64,000 nt of DNA from Tubulanus polymorphus (Eukaryota > Animalia > Nemertea): assembly GCF_964204645.1 (NCBI RefSeq), contig NC_134027.1, forward strand, positions 6,046,485 through 6,110,484, written 5' to 3'. Positions 11,454-23,921 of the stretch are shown here, in pieces. The stretch's first letter is position 1, and each line of letters starts with the position of its first letter. A model generated the notes under the pieces. It was not told where the DNA came from. It ran no database searches and was given only the letters and a program-made list of their open reading frames with translations. The position numbers and the translations under genes are program-made.

Positions 11454-13677
11454 AGATTATCGGAGATGAATTTGTCGAACGAATGTCGATGATGGTCATG
11501 ATTATCGCATTCCGAGGGGAAACTTTTGGTTAAGTTTTGTGTCGATATTGGTCACGGTTTTCTGTCTTGTTTTATGTATGATTCAATGGCCAGGGGAGCG
11601 TTGCTTTCACTGTAAAGCCAGGCGCAGACTGGTGACTGTCGATCGCCATTTGCTGCTATCGGTAATCGGGATGCAATTTTATAGACCAGAAGAAATTTGT
11701 GATTACGTACTAGCAAGCGATTTTTCTGTTGAGCTTGAAGGATATCGAAGTAAAATATATATCGACTTAAGGATATAAATTTTCCAAATTGAGAGAATTT
11801 TATGTCTGAAGACAAAAAATTTGAAAAAGAGATTTATCCTTAGCACTACTTAATGTTTTTACGAGAGACTGTCTATGCTATGTGAAATTACGTAGGAAAT
11901 GACATACAATGAAATTTTTACAATAGGCCAAAAAGAGGCCAACAAGGGTTAGCCTACACATAGGCCTAAGATATGACAAAAATTGCCATAAGAATTTAGA
12001 ATGGAGTATAACATACGTTTTTACACTTGATATGTTGTGAAATATCCCATGTAGCAGTTGTAGAGAATGTTTATTTTGCCCTAAAGTGAGTGCTACAGAC
12101 AAATCCGTTCCCTATGAGATTTAGTTGCTATTGGTTACTTCACTTGTTTTAACTGTCAGAATTGAAATTCAAATTGGGCTATAAAATGTTCGAGGCTTGT
12201 ATCCAGCAGGTCTTCTCTAGATGCGATGTCTCATTACTGAATTGAATATAAGCTGTTGACACTGTCTGATGTATTGATGTTCAACTTTCTGGATGTCATT
12301 TCCAATGTCATGTTGTTAGGCCTTGGCCTTTCTTTACAGAAATCATTAAAATCTTCAGCAGAATTATCTGGAATTTTGCAAGATGTTGATTTCCCACTAT
12401 TTTCTTCCTTGGCAGATAGATCCAGTTTTCTGATTAAGACGACTTGTTCAAATTTTGACTCTATTGATGCGAAAAGTAAAAAAATGTGTCTATAGATTTT
12501 TATCTAACCTTCCAATTTCCAGGCATCTCAGTCTCCCATACAGATGAAACTCCACATCTTTGACACACATATTCTGAAATCCAGTCAAAACAATACTTGA
12601 GCATTCACGTGAAAGTTTTGAAAAAATGGATGCTTTTTTAATGTTACGTTGTTAGCCTAGTTGAATGTCAGTTACACGTACTTTGTCGGATAAACTACGA
12701 AGATAAAAATGGAAAATTGGAAGAACTGTTTGTTTTGTTGTTTGGTCTACGTGTCATTAGTCAGATTGTTTGTTGCTGTCAACGATACAGTCTGAATGAT
12801 TGATTGAACTTTTCGTTGCAAGGCTCAAGATACTGACTATTCACCTGACTGTAATTACTGCTAATTGTTCGGTGTTTGCGTCTGTGTTTCAGCTGTCAAT
12901 GAGATACTTGTCATATTAGTTGAGAAATGACAACTGGACTTTTCTGTTGATATAAAAGTTCAGTTACCGATCTAAAGGGTCACTTTGGAATGATCTAGCG
13001 ACGCATAAAGTTATTGTGGAATAAAACAGGTTAGTGGCGTGGATATAGATTTCTGCTGAATTTTCAATCTTATGAGACTAAGTTAACAATTTTAAGTTTG
13101 TGATGAAATCAATCTTGGATTCTATCCGGATTTTTATGAATTCGGCTATATTCTAATTAGTTTTCTTATGGCTGATATATGTTTTAGGATTTTCATGCAA
13201 AATGGATGATAGGCCTATACTTTTCAATAATTTTGACTGGTTGTGGGTTTAGTCTAATCATTTCATACATACGGGTGCTTGAGATTATGAAGCTGACTTG
13301 TCTATGCTGATTGTGTTATTTGGTTTGTGATTCACTGTGTATGCATTTAGATAAAAAGAACATCAGGAAAAAATCCAGTTTGTGTTTTTCCAGTACTAGA
13401 ACTTCTATTTGTCTAAACTTCCTCATCTGGGTTAGTTCTATTCAAATCCCAATTTGTCTAAACTTATTCATCACCCAGATGAGTGCAAATCTCTTTAAAA
13501 ATATGTTGGACAAATGTTTGTTACTCGCAATGTGTGCTTTTTGTACAGTGAGGTTCTGGATCGCTGGATTGAAGACTGATCTGGTAACCGTTTATAACAA
13601 AATTCGTGATTGCAATACATGATTTAATCGAATTCTTCATTCTCGCATGATTGTTCATGCAACATTCTCATTAGCTG

Positions 13678-14072
13678 TGAGAAAGAAAACCATCATGATT
13701 TGACTAAAATTTGACCTCACAATCTGTAAATACCAACAGGATTATTTTATAACGTAGTTTATGTTATGGATTTGTTTGCCTGGATTGTTCATTCTTCAGA
13801 TGTTCATTCTTCTTTTTGTCAAGGTTGTAAAAGTAGGCGAGAAAGAAAATCTTCATGACTTCGACTACTATTTCGCCTCTAAATATCAGTGGGATTATGT
13901 TATTGTCTGACAAGGTTCATTTTATGGATTTGTTTGTCGTCTCATTCTTATTATGGATTTTAATTCATGATTTGACTACTATTTCACCTCTAGCTATTAA
14001 TACCAATAGGATTATTTCAATGTCTTAAAGTCATAAATGGTTAAAGTGGTTCCTTTTATGGATTTGTTAGTC
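13678..14072. repeat. Three degenerate tandem copies of a ~130-160-nt unit upstream of the DAG1 coding exons
   Basis: tcatga(t/c)tt(c)gacta...ttt..cctc...aaata.ca...ggattat...ttatggatttgtt recurs at about 13693, 13853 and 13965. Confidence 0.65.
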
Positions 14073-15149
14073 CGTCCGGATTTTACGGATAGGTAGATCT
14101 AATCGTGGGACTCCAAACGAAATGGTAGATTATAGATTTACGGGGTATGATTTATTGGAATGTTGGTGTTTAGAATTCACATATTCTGTTGATCCACTTC
14201 CACGCCTATTATACACTTAAATCTGTAATTCAATTTATTGCTGCTCGAATTACAGAGATTTCCAATATTTCTCAGAATGTGTCACTGAGCTCGGTTTAGT
14301 TGCCTGGGTATTCAGTCAAAATCAAATAGTGAAAATGCATTTTGTGTCGTTGGTAGTTTATGAATATCACGATGAAATATATTTGAATATATAGTTTAAT
14401 ATCATCAATAATTCATCGATTCAAAACGCGTAATCTTAAAATTCGAATTGATTGTCAGGGACTTTTGTCACAGTTGAGTTATCTTACCGCCCTAACCACC
14501 ATTACCGGCACTTCGTCTAATTGATTGTTTCAAACAATAACGTATACAACGGTTGTTCGTAACAACAACAATCCATTACCGATATGTCAGAAGCTGTCAC
14601 TTGTATTCACGGCTATTTAGGTCGACAAGCGTTGCACAAATATCAGCGACTAAATTAGCGGGAATGTTGACTAATTTGATAAAAGCTCACCCGATTTTCA
14701 TATGATGGCATTTGTCGGATGGAACGCAGCGAATGATATGAGTGTTTATCGCTTCGTGGCCGGGCGCTGTTCTCTATTCATGTCGACTGTTTGAGAGTTG
14801 GAACGATGTTTTCCTAGCTACTGTTATTATCGAATCATCATCTTCATCAGCTTGCGGCAGTCTGTGCAACAGATCCGACCTGCTGACGTGAGCGTAAGGA
14901 TGCTGTAGGTATAAAATATATCATAAGTTAATGATTAATGGATAGTTTCAGTGATTTTGCCAGTAGATATTCGTGAACATTCCGATATCCAATTGATTAC
15001 GAAGATATGTTTAGATAATCATCGTGTCGTCCATTCTTTGCTGTTTCTATCATTGCGTTGATTTGTCAGTAGCTGAGCTGAACTGAAGCGCATATACTTA
15101 CACCGTCGATGGCACTTACTCGGGATGTGAATTATATCTTCAGCCATAT

Positions 15150-15270
15150 TTTGAGATTAATTACGCCGACGGGATTAAGCTCCATTTATGCCGAAAATCG
15201 ATGAGAAAATCCATAGTTTGAGATTAATTATGTGGATGGGGATTAAGCTTCGTTATAAAGCAGGAAATCA
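15150..15270. repeat. ~67-nt tandem duplication carrying TAATTA and GGATTA homeodomain-type motifs
   Basis: tttgagattaatta...gggattaagct occurs twice (from 15150 and from 15217). Confidence 0.6.
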
Positions 15271-16170
15271 AGGATAAAATTGGCCTGTATTATGCTTTAT
15301 ATTTTGTCTTGAAAGATGCAAATTTGACAGTAGGTTCTGGGCCTGTAAGCTCGCATAGCTGCAATGGCTGGATCTAATTCTTATCAAGCAACAGCATATG
15401 ATAATTCTTTACTCTTTTTATCGAAGTGCCTTTCCAATTTTTTTCCCAGGAATTTTAATGCAATCTTGCCTGAAGTGTTCTGAGATTCTTGAACATTCAT
15501 TTGAATAGGCACTTACTTATTTTGAATTGGATCTATCGTGTTTTTACCCTATTATGTGGATGTCAGTTGCTTAGCTGAATAAAAGATACTTGTTGCGGTT
15601 TTTAAGTGGAGCTTTGAGATACGATCCATTCATAATGTAAAATTTTTAGTAGCCTATTTCAGTGGATTTATGGTTATCTTTCATTTTTCAATATCTGCGT
15701 ATAGTCGACATGACTTGATGGATTCCAGAATGATTGATTTATTCTCTCGCAAAAGTTGAGTAGGTTTGTTTGTTCTGTAGTCGCTTTTGCGAAAATATCA
15801 TGGTTCGTTTTATGTGGCAGTCTCGCCCATGGTCAGTCGTATGGCGTGTTGACAGAATGGTAGTGGGAACCACTGAACAAGAGAAGCCAATATTGATCTT
15901 ACGTAAACAGTTCTCTTATCAATATTCACTAGATTAAACATTATCGTTATCAGACCTATAACCCCTTTAAACCATTAAGTCCATATGGGTCAACTCCACA
16001 TTATGCTCTTTGAATCAAGTATCCGTAACCCGTAAAACCGGTATTCTGATTTTAGATTTGAAATTCATTTCAGAAATATAGCGCAAACGACGGTCATGGA
16101 ATTTTTATGATTGGTCACGCAAAAACATCGGCAGATCTTCAGAAATAATCGCAGAGAATCAACACCGACT

Positions 16171-19100
16171 ATGGAGCCAATAATGACGAAAATCATTCAG
16201 CAATTACTCGTCTTGTTCGTCTTAATCCATTTCGGATTGAGCGTACAGATTATCGATTCATTCTCGAGGGATATCAATTCGTACATTTCGCAAGGTCGCG
16301 GCGAGGGCGTGGGGCGCCAGTTGGAGCCGGCCTGGCAGTTACCGGACATCGTCACCGATATCGATCGAGTCGTTCAGTATAAATTAGGATTACAAAAACA
16401 TATAGGAAAATATCAGGTTTGTTTTATAATGTTTTGTCAGTATTTATAGGCTCTGATATTTATAGGATTTCAGATTACCCCCGTAGATCTGCTTCAAGCA
16501 TAGACTTAGCTATCAGCAAAGCATTTGCGTACCTCAATTACCTATATTTATCGGTAATTGATGTCTACCATATTTCGTTATATCACTGCTTATTAATGTA
16601 GTTGATGATTATTGTGATAGATGGTCTTTTGTATTTTCTATCCCCCTAGAAGATACTAAGGAACTTAAAACAGATCGCGGTCCCAGAATATCGTACCCTG
16701 GTAGTCTGGAGAGATATTGAACCAGATGAATAAATATTAAGGAATATTTTCCTTGACTGCGATATACAGGCATGCCGGGGTAAACAAGCTGTTGACCTGT
16801 ATGAAATTTTATCAATAGCCTCTCAGATATAATGCCATAGAATGATTACATATGAAAAGTTCTTCAGCTCATGGCAGCTGGATAGAAAATCCTATTGGAT
16901 CCTCGCTGATATACAGCAGATGCAATGTCGAACTAAATACAGATAAATGCACCTGCACCCTTCGCCTCTGACAGCCTCTGATATTGATGACGTTAGAATC
17001 TTCTGGCAAGGATTGGTTCTTATCTGAGCGTTGTCTCTGTATGTGTCCCTAATGCTGCTTTGATGAACACACATGTTTATTCGACACAAGATGAGCTCAA
17101 AGAAAGAGATAGCTGTTCGCTGAGCAATATCTGTTTGATGTTTAGAATTTCAATTTTGTTCTCCTGGCTTATTTAGATTCTCGCCCAGTCCGTGTAATCA
17201 AATAAATGGCTTCAAAAAATGAATCTCTGCCTAGATGATTTAGTTTTTGCAGCTGTTGAAAAAACACATACATATAAAAGTCGCGAAGAATTTTGATAAG
17301 TTTCTTGATATTTCTTGTTAATAGATATAATTGAAAAGAATTTTTCATTTGACTTTTTTCATGTAATGCAGTACTTAATCTTTCAGATTACCGAAATAGA
17401 CAAGCCTGAGCTTCCAAAATGGTTAACCTACAACGCTGAAACAGACTCTCTTGAAGGGATCCCATCGGCCGGTGATCTTGGACGTTACCATATTTCCATC
17501 AGTTCTGAAAAAAATCCGACATCGAAACATTATTTCATCATCACCGTCAAAGAAAGTTCATCGCTGGAAATGCCGTCGCCGCTGAGCCAGGTTCAAACTC
17601 TTAAATATCACTGTCGTAAAGACGATCCTCTCACAATGGCTTCAGTGATTATAGACGCAGACCCAGAAACTCTGTCGCAGTCAGACAAAGTCAGTTTAGC
17701 GAATAAATTTGCGGCGCATTTGAACCTGACGGTTAGCAGTGTGCGTTTGGTTGCGTTAGGAGGCCGGCCAGCCTATGATGCAACCGCTCTCGTCGCCGGT
17801 CCCGGAAACAGTCGGTCCCAGAAATACCCGGGTATTTTGGTATCGTGGCAGATCGGATGCGGGACGGTTGATGCGGATAGTATGTCTATACTGGAGATCG
17901 TCGAATCGTCATCCATCACCGGTAAATTATCGTCGGCGATCGGGTTCCCGATCGTCGGTTGGCATGTAACGAATAACCGGCCGCAGGTGCAGGTTCTAAA
18001 ACGAAGGCGTAAACGACAGGTTTACGCAACGGCCGCCTTGGAGAAGACGCCTCCGACCGATGAGGCGCGGGATATGAATCGAGTCGTACCGTCGCAAGCG
18101 ACCCCGGGACACGATTACATGAAAACTCATCGCGTGAAACCAACCAGACGGTTGTATTCACCGGTACAGACATTAATGATTACACCCAGTAAACCGATCA
18201 TGTTGGTTACTGAAATCATTCCGACTCCGTCGAAGCAAACGTTGATGACTCCTATGGTCGAAATTCCGACCGAGCAAGTATCGGTAAACCCTACTATTAT
18301 GAAAGTCCAACCGACACCGGCGACCCCTACTAAACCGCTACCGAGTACACCTCGAGTTATCGATATCAATCCAACAGATGAGAAGGAAATTCACCCCACA
18401 AAAACTGATATTGATGTAAAGAATACGGATGATATACCCCAGATTTTCCCGGACGTCGATTTGAATTCGGCACCGACTGTCGACAAAGAGATCGGGCGTA
18501 TTACGGCTCATATCGGCCGAGTTTTACATTATAAAATCCCGCATAATGTATTCTATGACGCGGAAGACGGCGATACTCGAAATTTGCGACTGCTCGTTTT
18601 GGAACGCGGCACTAATTTACCGCGTTCGTCGTGGGTGAGATTCAATCAGAAAGAGCAACTGCTCTACGGTCTACCGATGCTCAAAGATGAGGACCGACGA
18701 GTGTACGGGTATTCGCTGGCGGCTGTCGACAGCGGAGGAAAAATCAGACGTATGCAATTCGAGATCGTCGTCAAACGAGCGCGAAAATATTACAAACGAC
18801 CGCCATCACACGAGTTCGTTCTCGTGCTCGCCGAGAGTTACGACAAGTTCATCGCCGACGTCGATAACAGCATATCAATCGTGCAGAAAATCGCGCAGGT
18901 CTACGGCGATAAGAATGCGAGCAGCATCCTGGTGCGCAGCATCAAATCGGGCTCGGTCCATTTCGCTTGGACGAATACAACATTGCGGAAGAATCCGTGT
19001 CCGGCAAAAGCGATTATGGGGCTGATGAACTATATCATACGTGACAACGATACTTTAAATCCGCAACTCGTTGAAATAATGAAACCGTTTAAAATCAAAT

Positions 19101-19684
19101 CGGCGCTTGCAAGATCGCTGGGCTCGTGTTCCGATGTCGCTTTTGTGCCGGGAAAGCCGACGGAGAAACCTGTAGAAAAACCGTCACGTGGAAATGGTAT
19201 GGAGGAAATCGCTAACTTGAATCAGAAGTTTATGATAAATGTTGTAATTCCGATCGCGGTGATGGGCTTCTTTATCATCGTCGCGACGATTGTAGCTTGT
19301 GTATTGTACCATACTCGACGGAAAGGCAAACTTTCCACCAATGATAAACAAACTTACGCGAATAAAGGAATTCCAGTGATTTTTGCTGATGAAATCGACG
19401 ACAAACCCGACCCACCGACGAAGCCGTTGATCCTGCAAGAAGAACGGCCGCCGCAGCCACCTCCGCAGTATCACAGCATGCCACGATCGACGCCGCGCAA
19501 ACACCTTCCGCCGCCGATGTATAATTCAGTCGAGATGCGTCGACTGGTAGACCACGACGAACAACAGCGCGATAACTCGCCGCCATATCAGCCACCACCA
19601 CCTATCACCGCTCCTAACGGCAGTCGTAATGCTAAACCTCGCTCTAATGCACACAAGCAAAAGCCGTTTTATGTCCCACCGTAA
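16171..19684 (+). CDS. DAG1: Dystroglycan precursor (~847 aa), two coding exons
   Basis: Exons 16171-16416 and 17387-19684. Signal peptide, cadherin-like domain (LPKWLTYN..LEGIP), S6-like domain (ALVAGPGN..SWQIGCG), furin site RRRKR, Thr/Pro mucin region, second cadherin-like domain (FYDAEDGDTRNLRL), SEA cleavage site G|S (SIKSGSVHFAWTN), TM helix, RRKGKL, KGIPVIFADEIDD and C-terminal YVPP. Confidence 0.97.
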
Positions 19685-22223
19685 ACTGGCTTGTCAAATA
19701 TTACTGCTGATTGTGAGGTGATAAAACTCTTGAGAGCAGCCAAATCCTAATAAAACTTACAAATTATTTCATAGTATATAGTGTATAATGTATGAAGTGA
19801 GGTAAGGACTTGATGTATGATTTACATATTTTAACAGGATACAAATGGAGAAAGTTTGAAGTAAGCCATATTTCATGTTCTGACCTTCGTACACAAAATA
19901 TTCATATCATCTCGCTGCTTGTATTGAGTTTCGTATTCATTGTTTATTCATGGTGAGGAGAGTCATTATAGAATTGACTGATTGCAAGCTATCTGGGAAA
20001 GCCAAAACATTGGTGCTAGCCTTGTGGGTCATTAGTGAACAGAAAAATATCTGCATTTAGTGGGTGCTGAAAGGCGACAGTGGGACAGTTATCAAAATCT
20101 AAAATTTACAAAGAATTCTTATCGGATTATTGTCTTATCAAAAGTGAATATCATAATAATGCATGCATATACTGAGTTGATCTGAGGGTTGAAGATTTTT
20201 TTATCAAAGCATATAGGCCTTTTTCTTATATAAGGACTGCCTATCAACAAAAACCTTGGCACATGCTTGTTATACTTTTACAATCGTAATAGTTATTATG
20301 GTGCTGTAGAATTTGTTTTTTGGAGGTGCATGCAGGAATACAAGAGAGAAAGTTGAATTTGGATTTAAGATTTGTGTCGGGGAGCTCTAAAAGGTTTAAT
20401 ACGCATCTAGGATCAGTTGAAAGTTCTTTGTAACCTGTTGTGTCTTATCGATATGAATCTGTATACTTCGAACTGTATAAACTCATGTGAAACATTTCTT
20501 CATCATCAAAGGTTTTCATTTGGCATTATCATTGCTAGTTACTAATAATAATCATGTGAGTAATTGGTATCTAATCAGCAATAAAACAAGTCAGTCATTA
20601 CATACGTACATAAACCTATTACAACATGGCATATTTTTAGTAACTATATTTGTTTATAAGTGTTTGATAGCATTACACTTGTGATCTTAAGATGAAATAA
20701 TGGATTGTGCAAATAATAGATTTTTCATCTTCGATATATGATTATTTTGCCGTTTTTTAAATTCATCTAGGTTATAGTTGTAGCCTATCTTATTTTGTAT
20801 TATTTAGTAACAAGTTTTGCCAAAATTAATCGACAATTTGAAAATCAAATTTGAGTTTAATTAATAAGTATGATATATACAATTTGAATTACGTATCCAT
20901 TTGTAACTACTTACAGTGGGTGGATTGATCGAAGTTCATTCAAATAAAAGTTCAAATTGGTTCAAAATCATGATTTTCAATTATGCAGCCTGGAGTGGCG
21001 ATAAGATATTTAGCATAATAGATCGTATCACCTCGTTGACTTTTATACAGAGGTGCAAAAGTTATTCTTTGAAGTGCAGTATTAGTGGAGGCATATGTTG
21101 CTTCCTGTTTTGATAATCATTTAGTTATAAACAAGTCAATTGTTGAGAGTACTTATAAATGATCAGAGTTCAACATAATTAACTTTTCGATTAATTATCA
21201 CGCAAAATTGTATTATTACAGCATCAACATATTCCTCGAGGTTCAAATCTTGAAAAAAATATTAGTCTCTAATCTAAGCTCATGCATGTGTCTTATTCAG
21301 AATATTCATTGAAAATTCCTATTGAAAGAAATATTTTATGTATCAGATATTTTCTAGAATCTAAAAATGTAAATGCCTTAATTCATCAGCTTTTCTGTCT
21401 AATTAATACCAGATCGGCCCAAGTTCTTTAAGATTGAGCCAAGCTTATTCGTGTATTAACTAGGGAACTGGGTGCTTATGTAAAAATGTGTAATATCGTT
21501 CTTCCTGTAAATAAAACCACGACTGTTCTGTGTTGTAAACTGGAATATGTCTAGTAGTATACTGTATACATGATAATCATACAAGTGATACAGTGCAGTG
21601 ATCAAGGTCATTATTAAACATTTGATTGTGAATGACGTTTAGTAATTCACGTGTTTTGTGGCCAATCTCACTGTCTTTTACTGTTCTAGTGGTACTATCA
21701 ACCATGGTCAAATCTAGCTAAAACCAGTGGTAAAACAGTAAATGAAGAAATCTGTATGAAACTTAGCCTATTACAAAGATATCCCTTAATGAAAACCCAG
21801 TATCTAGCTATTTCATGTTTTATGTAGTAGGTTTATTTACATTGTTGTATAGAGTTCTTCAAATAAATCAGTATCTAAATTACTTTATTTCTAAATTAAG
21901 AAGCCAGTTTTGATTTTTCTAATCGGCCAGTTTTTACTAAACCATGCATATATGAGGTGAAATCTCTATGATTGTTGCTCTTTGTAAGTTTGACTGTTCA
22001 TTACACGAAATCTGTGTACTAGTATTTTGTTTCTGTATTTGACACTACTACATGTATTATTATTGCATTGTCCAAGCTCAGTGTGCCATTTTTCTATTAC
22101 CTCGAGATTTGATGATTTGGTTTTTTACCATAGGCTCTGTGGCGAATGATTTCACTTCAACGGTTAATGATTATCTATCGTACCCGAACTACCGTAGTTA
22201 AAACATGTTTTCTATTTACTGTA

Positions 22224-22229
22224 AATAAA
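22224..22229 (+). terminator. Likely polyadenylation signal of DAG1
   Basis: AATAAA where T-rich + strand composition switches to A-rich, as expected for convergent 3' UTRs. Confidence 0.45.
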
Positions 22230-22792
22230 AGTGCATTGAGTATATTGGCATGAAATGTTATACGTTATACAAAACTTATTAAGAGATTTACTAAGAAATT
22301 AGTTACTTAACCTTAAGTAAAAGTTCTTGAATAATAGATAGGCAATAACAGATTGTAAATTAATGTATCCTTTATACGAAATGTTACTATTAATACTTGG
22401 ATTTGATAGACAAAAGTAGATTGCAACTGAATGAATCCATATCCTTAAACTCGTATCCATGACAAGTCCTGTCAATGAGGTAAGTACGGTAGTCTTCATG
22501 AATAAGATTTTTTTCAATCTCATATCTAAATATATCGACAATAGATAATATACATAAAATATATTCTAATAGTTATAATAATTGTGTGAAGAATACTATA
22601 CAGTTAGTATAAGAATCAAATTTAACAGTGTGTATGTACCAGTACTTGTACATGTAGTACTAAGCTTAATACGTTTTTTTTTTCAATAAACAATTGAAAC
22701 ATTTCATGTCGAGTTATTTGTTGTTGGCTGTGAATCTATACAATCAGTCGATGGCTGCTGTCTGATAGAAAAATATTCAACATCCAACAATT

Positions 22793-23294
22793 ATGCACTG
22801 CATGCCTGGTCTGCGCACCCTGCCGACCTTACCATCTGCCTCATAACAGATCATCTTTCAGCCCCACAGCTCACGCTTTAGTCCTGCACAAGCCATGAAG
22901 CCTGTGATCACAAACATCCAGCAGTATCCTAAGCAGACGGAATCTAATGGCGGGGTCCCCGGAGCTCACAGAAAATCAAGCCATATGACCAGCAGACCCT
23001 TAGTATCCGTCTCAAGTAGCTTAGGGTCTGATTAAGCGTGGTCGTCTAAGGAGTTAAGTAAACATCTCGGCCCGGCCTTAAGTGTCCATACATCTGACTA
23101 CTAGAGTGCAGGACAGGTAGGAAATCCTGACCTTTGAAAATAATGCAAGGCCCTGATTTATGCTGTGCACTTATTGCAAACAGCAGTCCACAAAAAGTGC
23201 TACATGCTTCATATTCTGCCATCAGTGCAATCCTTATGGATTCTAGGACAAATGTCTCATGTCTTAAAACCAATCCTCCACTCATCAACTGGTC
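22793..23294 (-). ncRNA. Candidate large structured RNA element, probably in the MFSD5 3' UTR
   Basis: GC-enriched island with many nested inverted repeats: 22881-22889/23106-23114 (9 bp), 22993-23000/23023-23030 (8 bp), 22987-22991/23039-23043, 22935-22939/23043-23047, 22947-22951/22980-22984, 22794-22800/23223-23229. Also hairpins at 23161-23185, 23229-23242 and 22834-22851, and a GUGA tetraloop on the minus strand. Confidence 0.55.
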
Positions 23295-23649
23295 ATGCTC
23301 ACAAAATAAAGTAACAACTGGTTTGATAATTAAATATCAATATATTTTTATTCATAATAATACATATGTGCATGGAAAATGTAAGTATGCTGGTTGCAAG
23401 CCAGACAACAAAAAATGCACAAACTAGAAAACATCAATAATTGAAGAGAACCAACAGTGCAATGCGATAGAACCACGTCTTAAGTATCAAAACAATTCGA
23501 GCAAAGATTACGTCGATGTTCCGAGTATTCGATATTCTATGAACCGACTTATCAATCTGTTCAGATCCAAAACAGTAGTTCAAATGATGAATCATTTTAT
23601 GATTGGGATCTTATGGACTTGCAGTTACATATGTCCCATTTCATTCATC

Positions 23650-23921
23650 GCAGACTTAGGGGGTGGAATGGTCAACCCTTTCAAATGTACCTCCCAAAGT
23701 CTGGAACTTTTTTTGCAAAGAAAATATTTAAATGACGAAAAATAAACCTAAATGGGCCATGATAAGGACAAGTGCCCTCATGTCCTAATTTTCTGCTGGA
23801 GGTAATTTTCTGTTGAAGGGCCACCAAAACCTCCACGGATGTTCATGCTTGCAGCCCTCACATAGCCAAATCATTCCAATTTTCAGTTCTACCCCTTCAA
23901 AGAATCCTAGATCCGCTTTTG
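23650..23921. mobile_element. Degenerate non-autonomous DNA transposon remnant (GGCGGATCTAG...CTAGATCCGCC-type ends)
   Basis: gcagacttagggggtgg at the left end and ctacccct...cctagatccgc at the right end; resembles the element at 50533. Confidence 0.35.

Noticed and set aside
13408-13482. Direct repeat tttgtctaaactt plus 11-bp inverted repeat ctcatctgggt/acccagatgag
   Set aside because: Too short to classify; likely a local duplication or repair scar.
22950-22965. gtccccgg resembling RNase MRP CR-I, and gcactctag (23101-23109, minus) resembling the start of the E. coli Moco RNA
   Set aside because: The partner conserved regions are missing or on the wrong strand, and short word matches are not evidence of homology.
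23046-23427. ORF-track ORFs (80 aa and 97 aa) over the structured island
   Set aside because: No recognisable domain, non-ATG starts and no splice context; better explained by locally higher GC.
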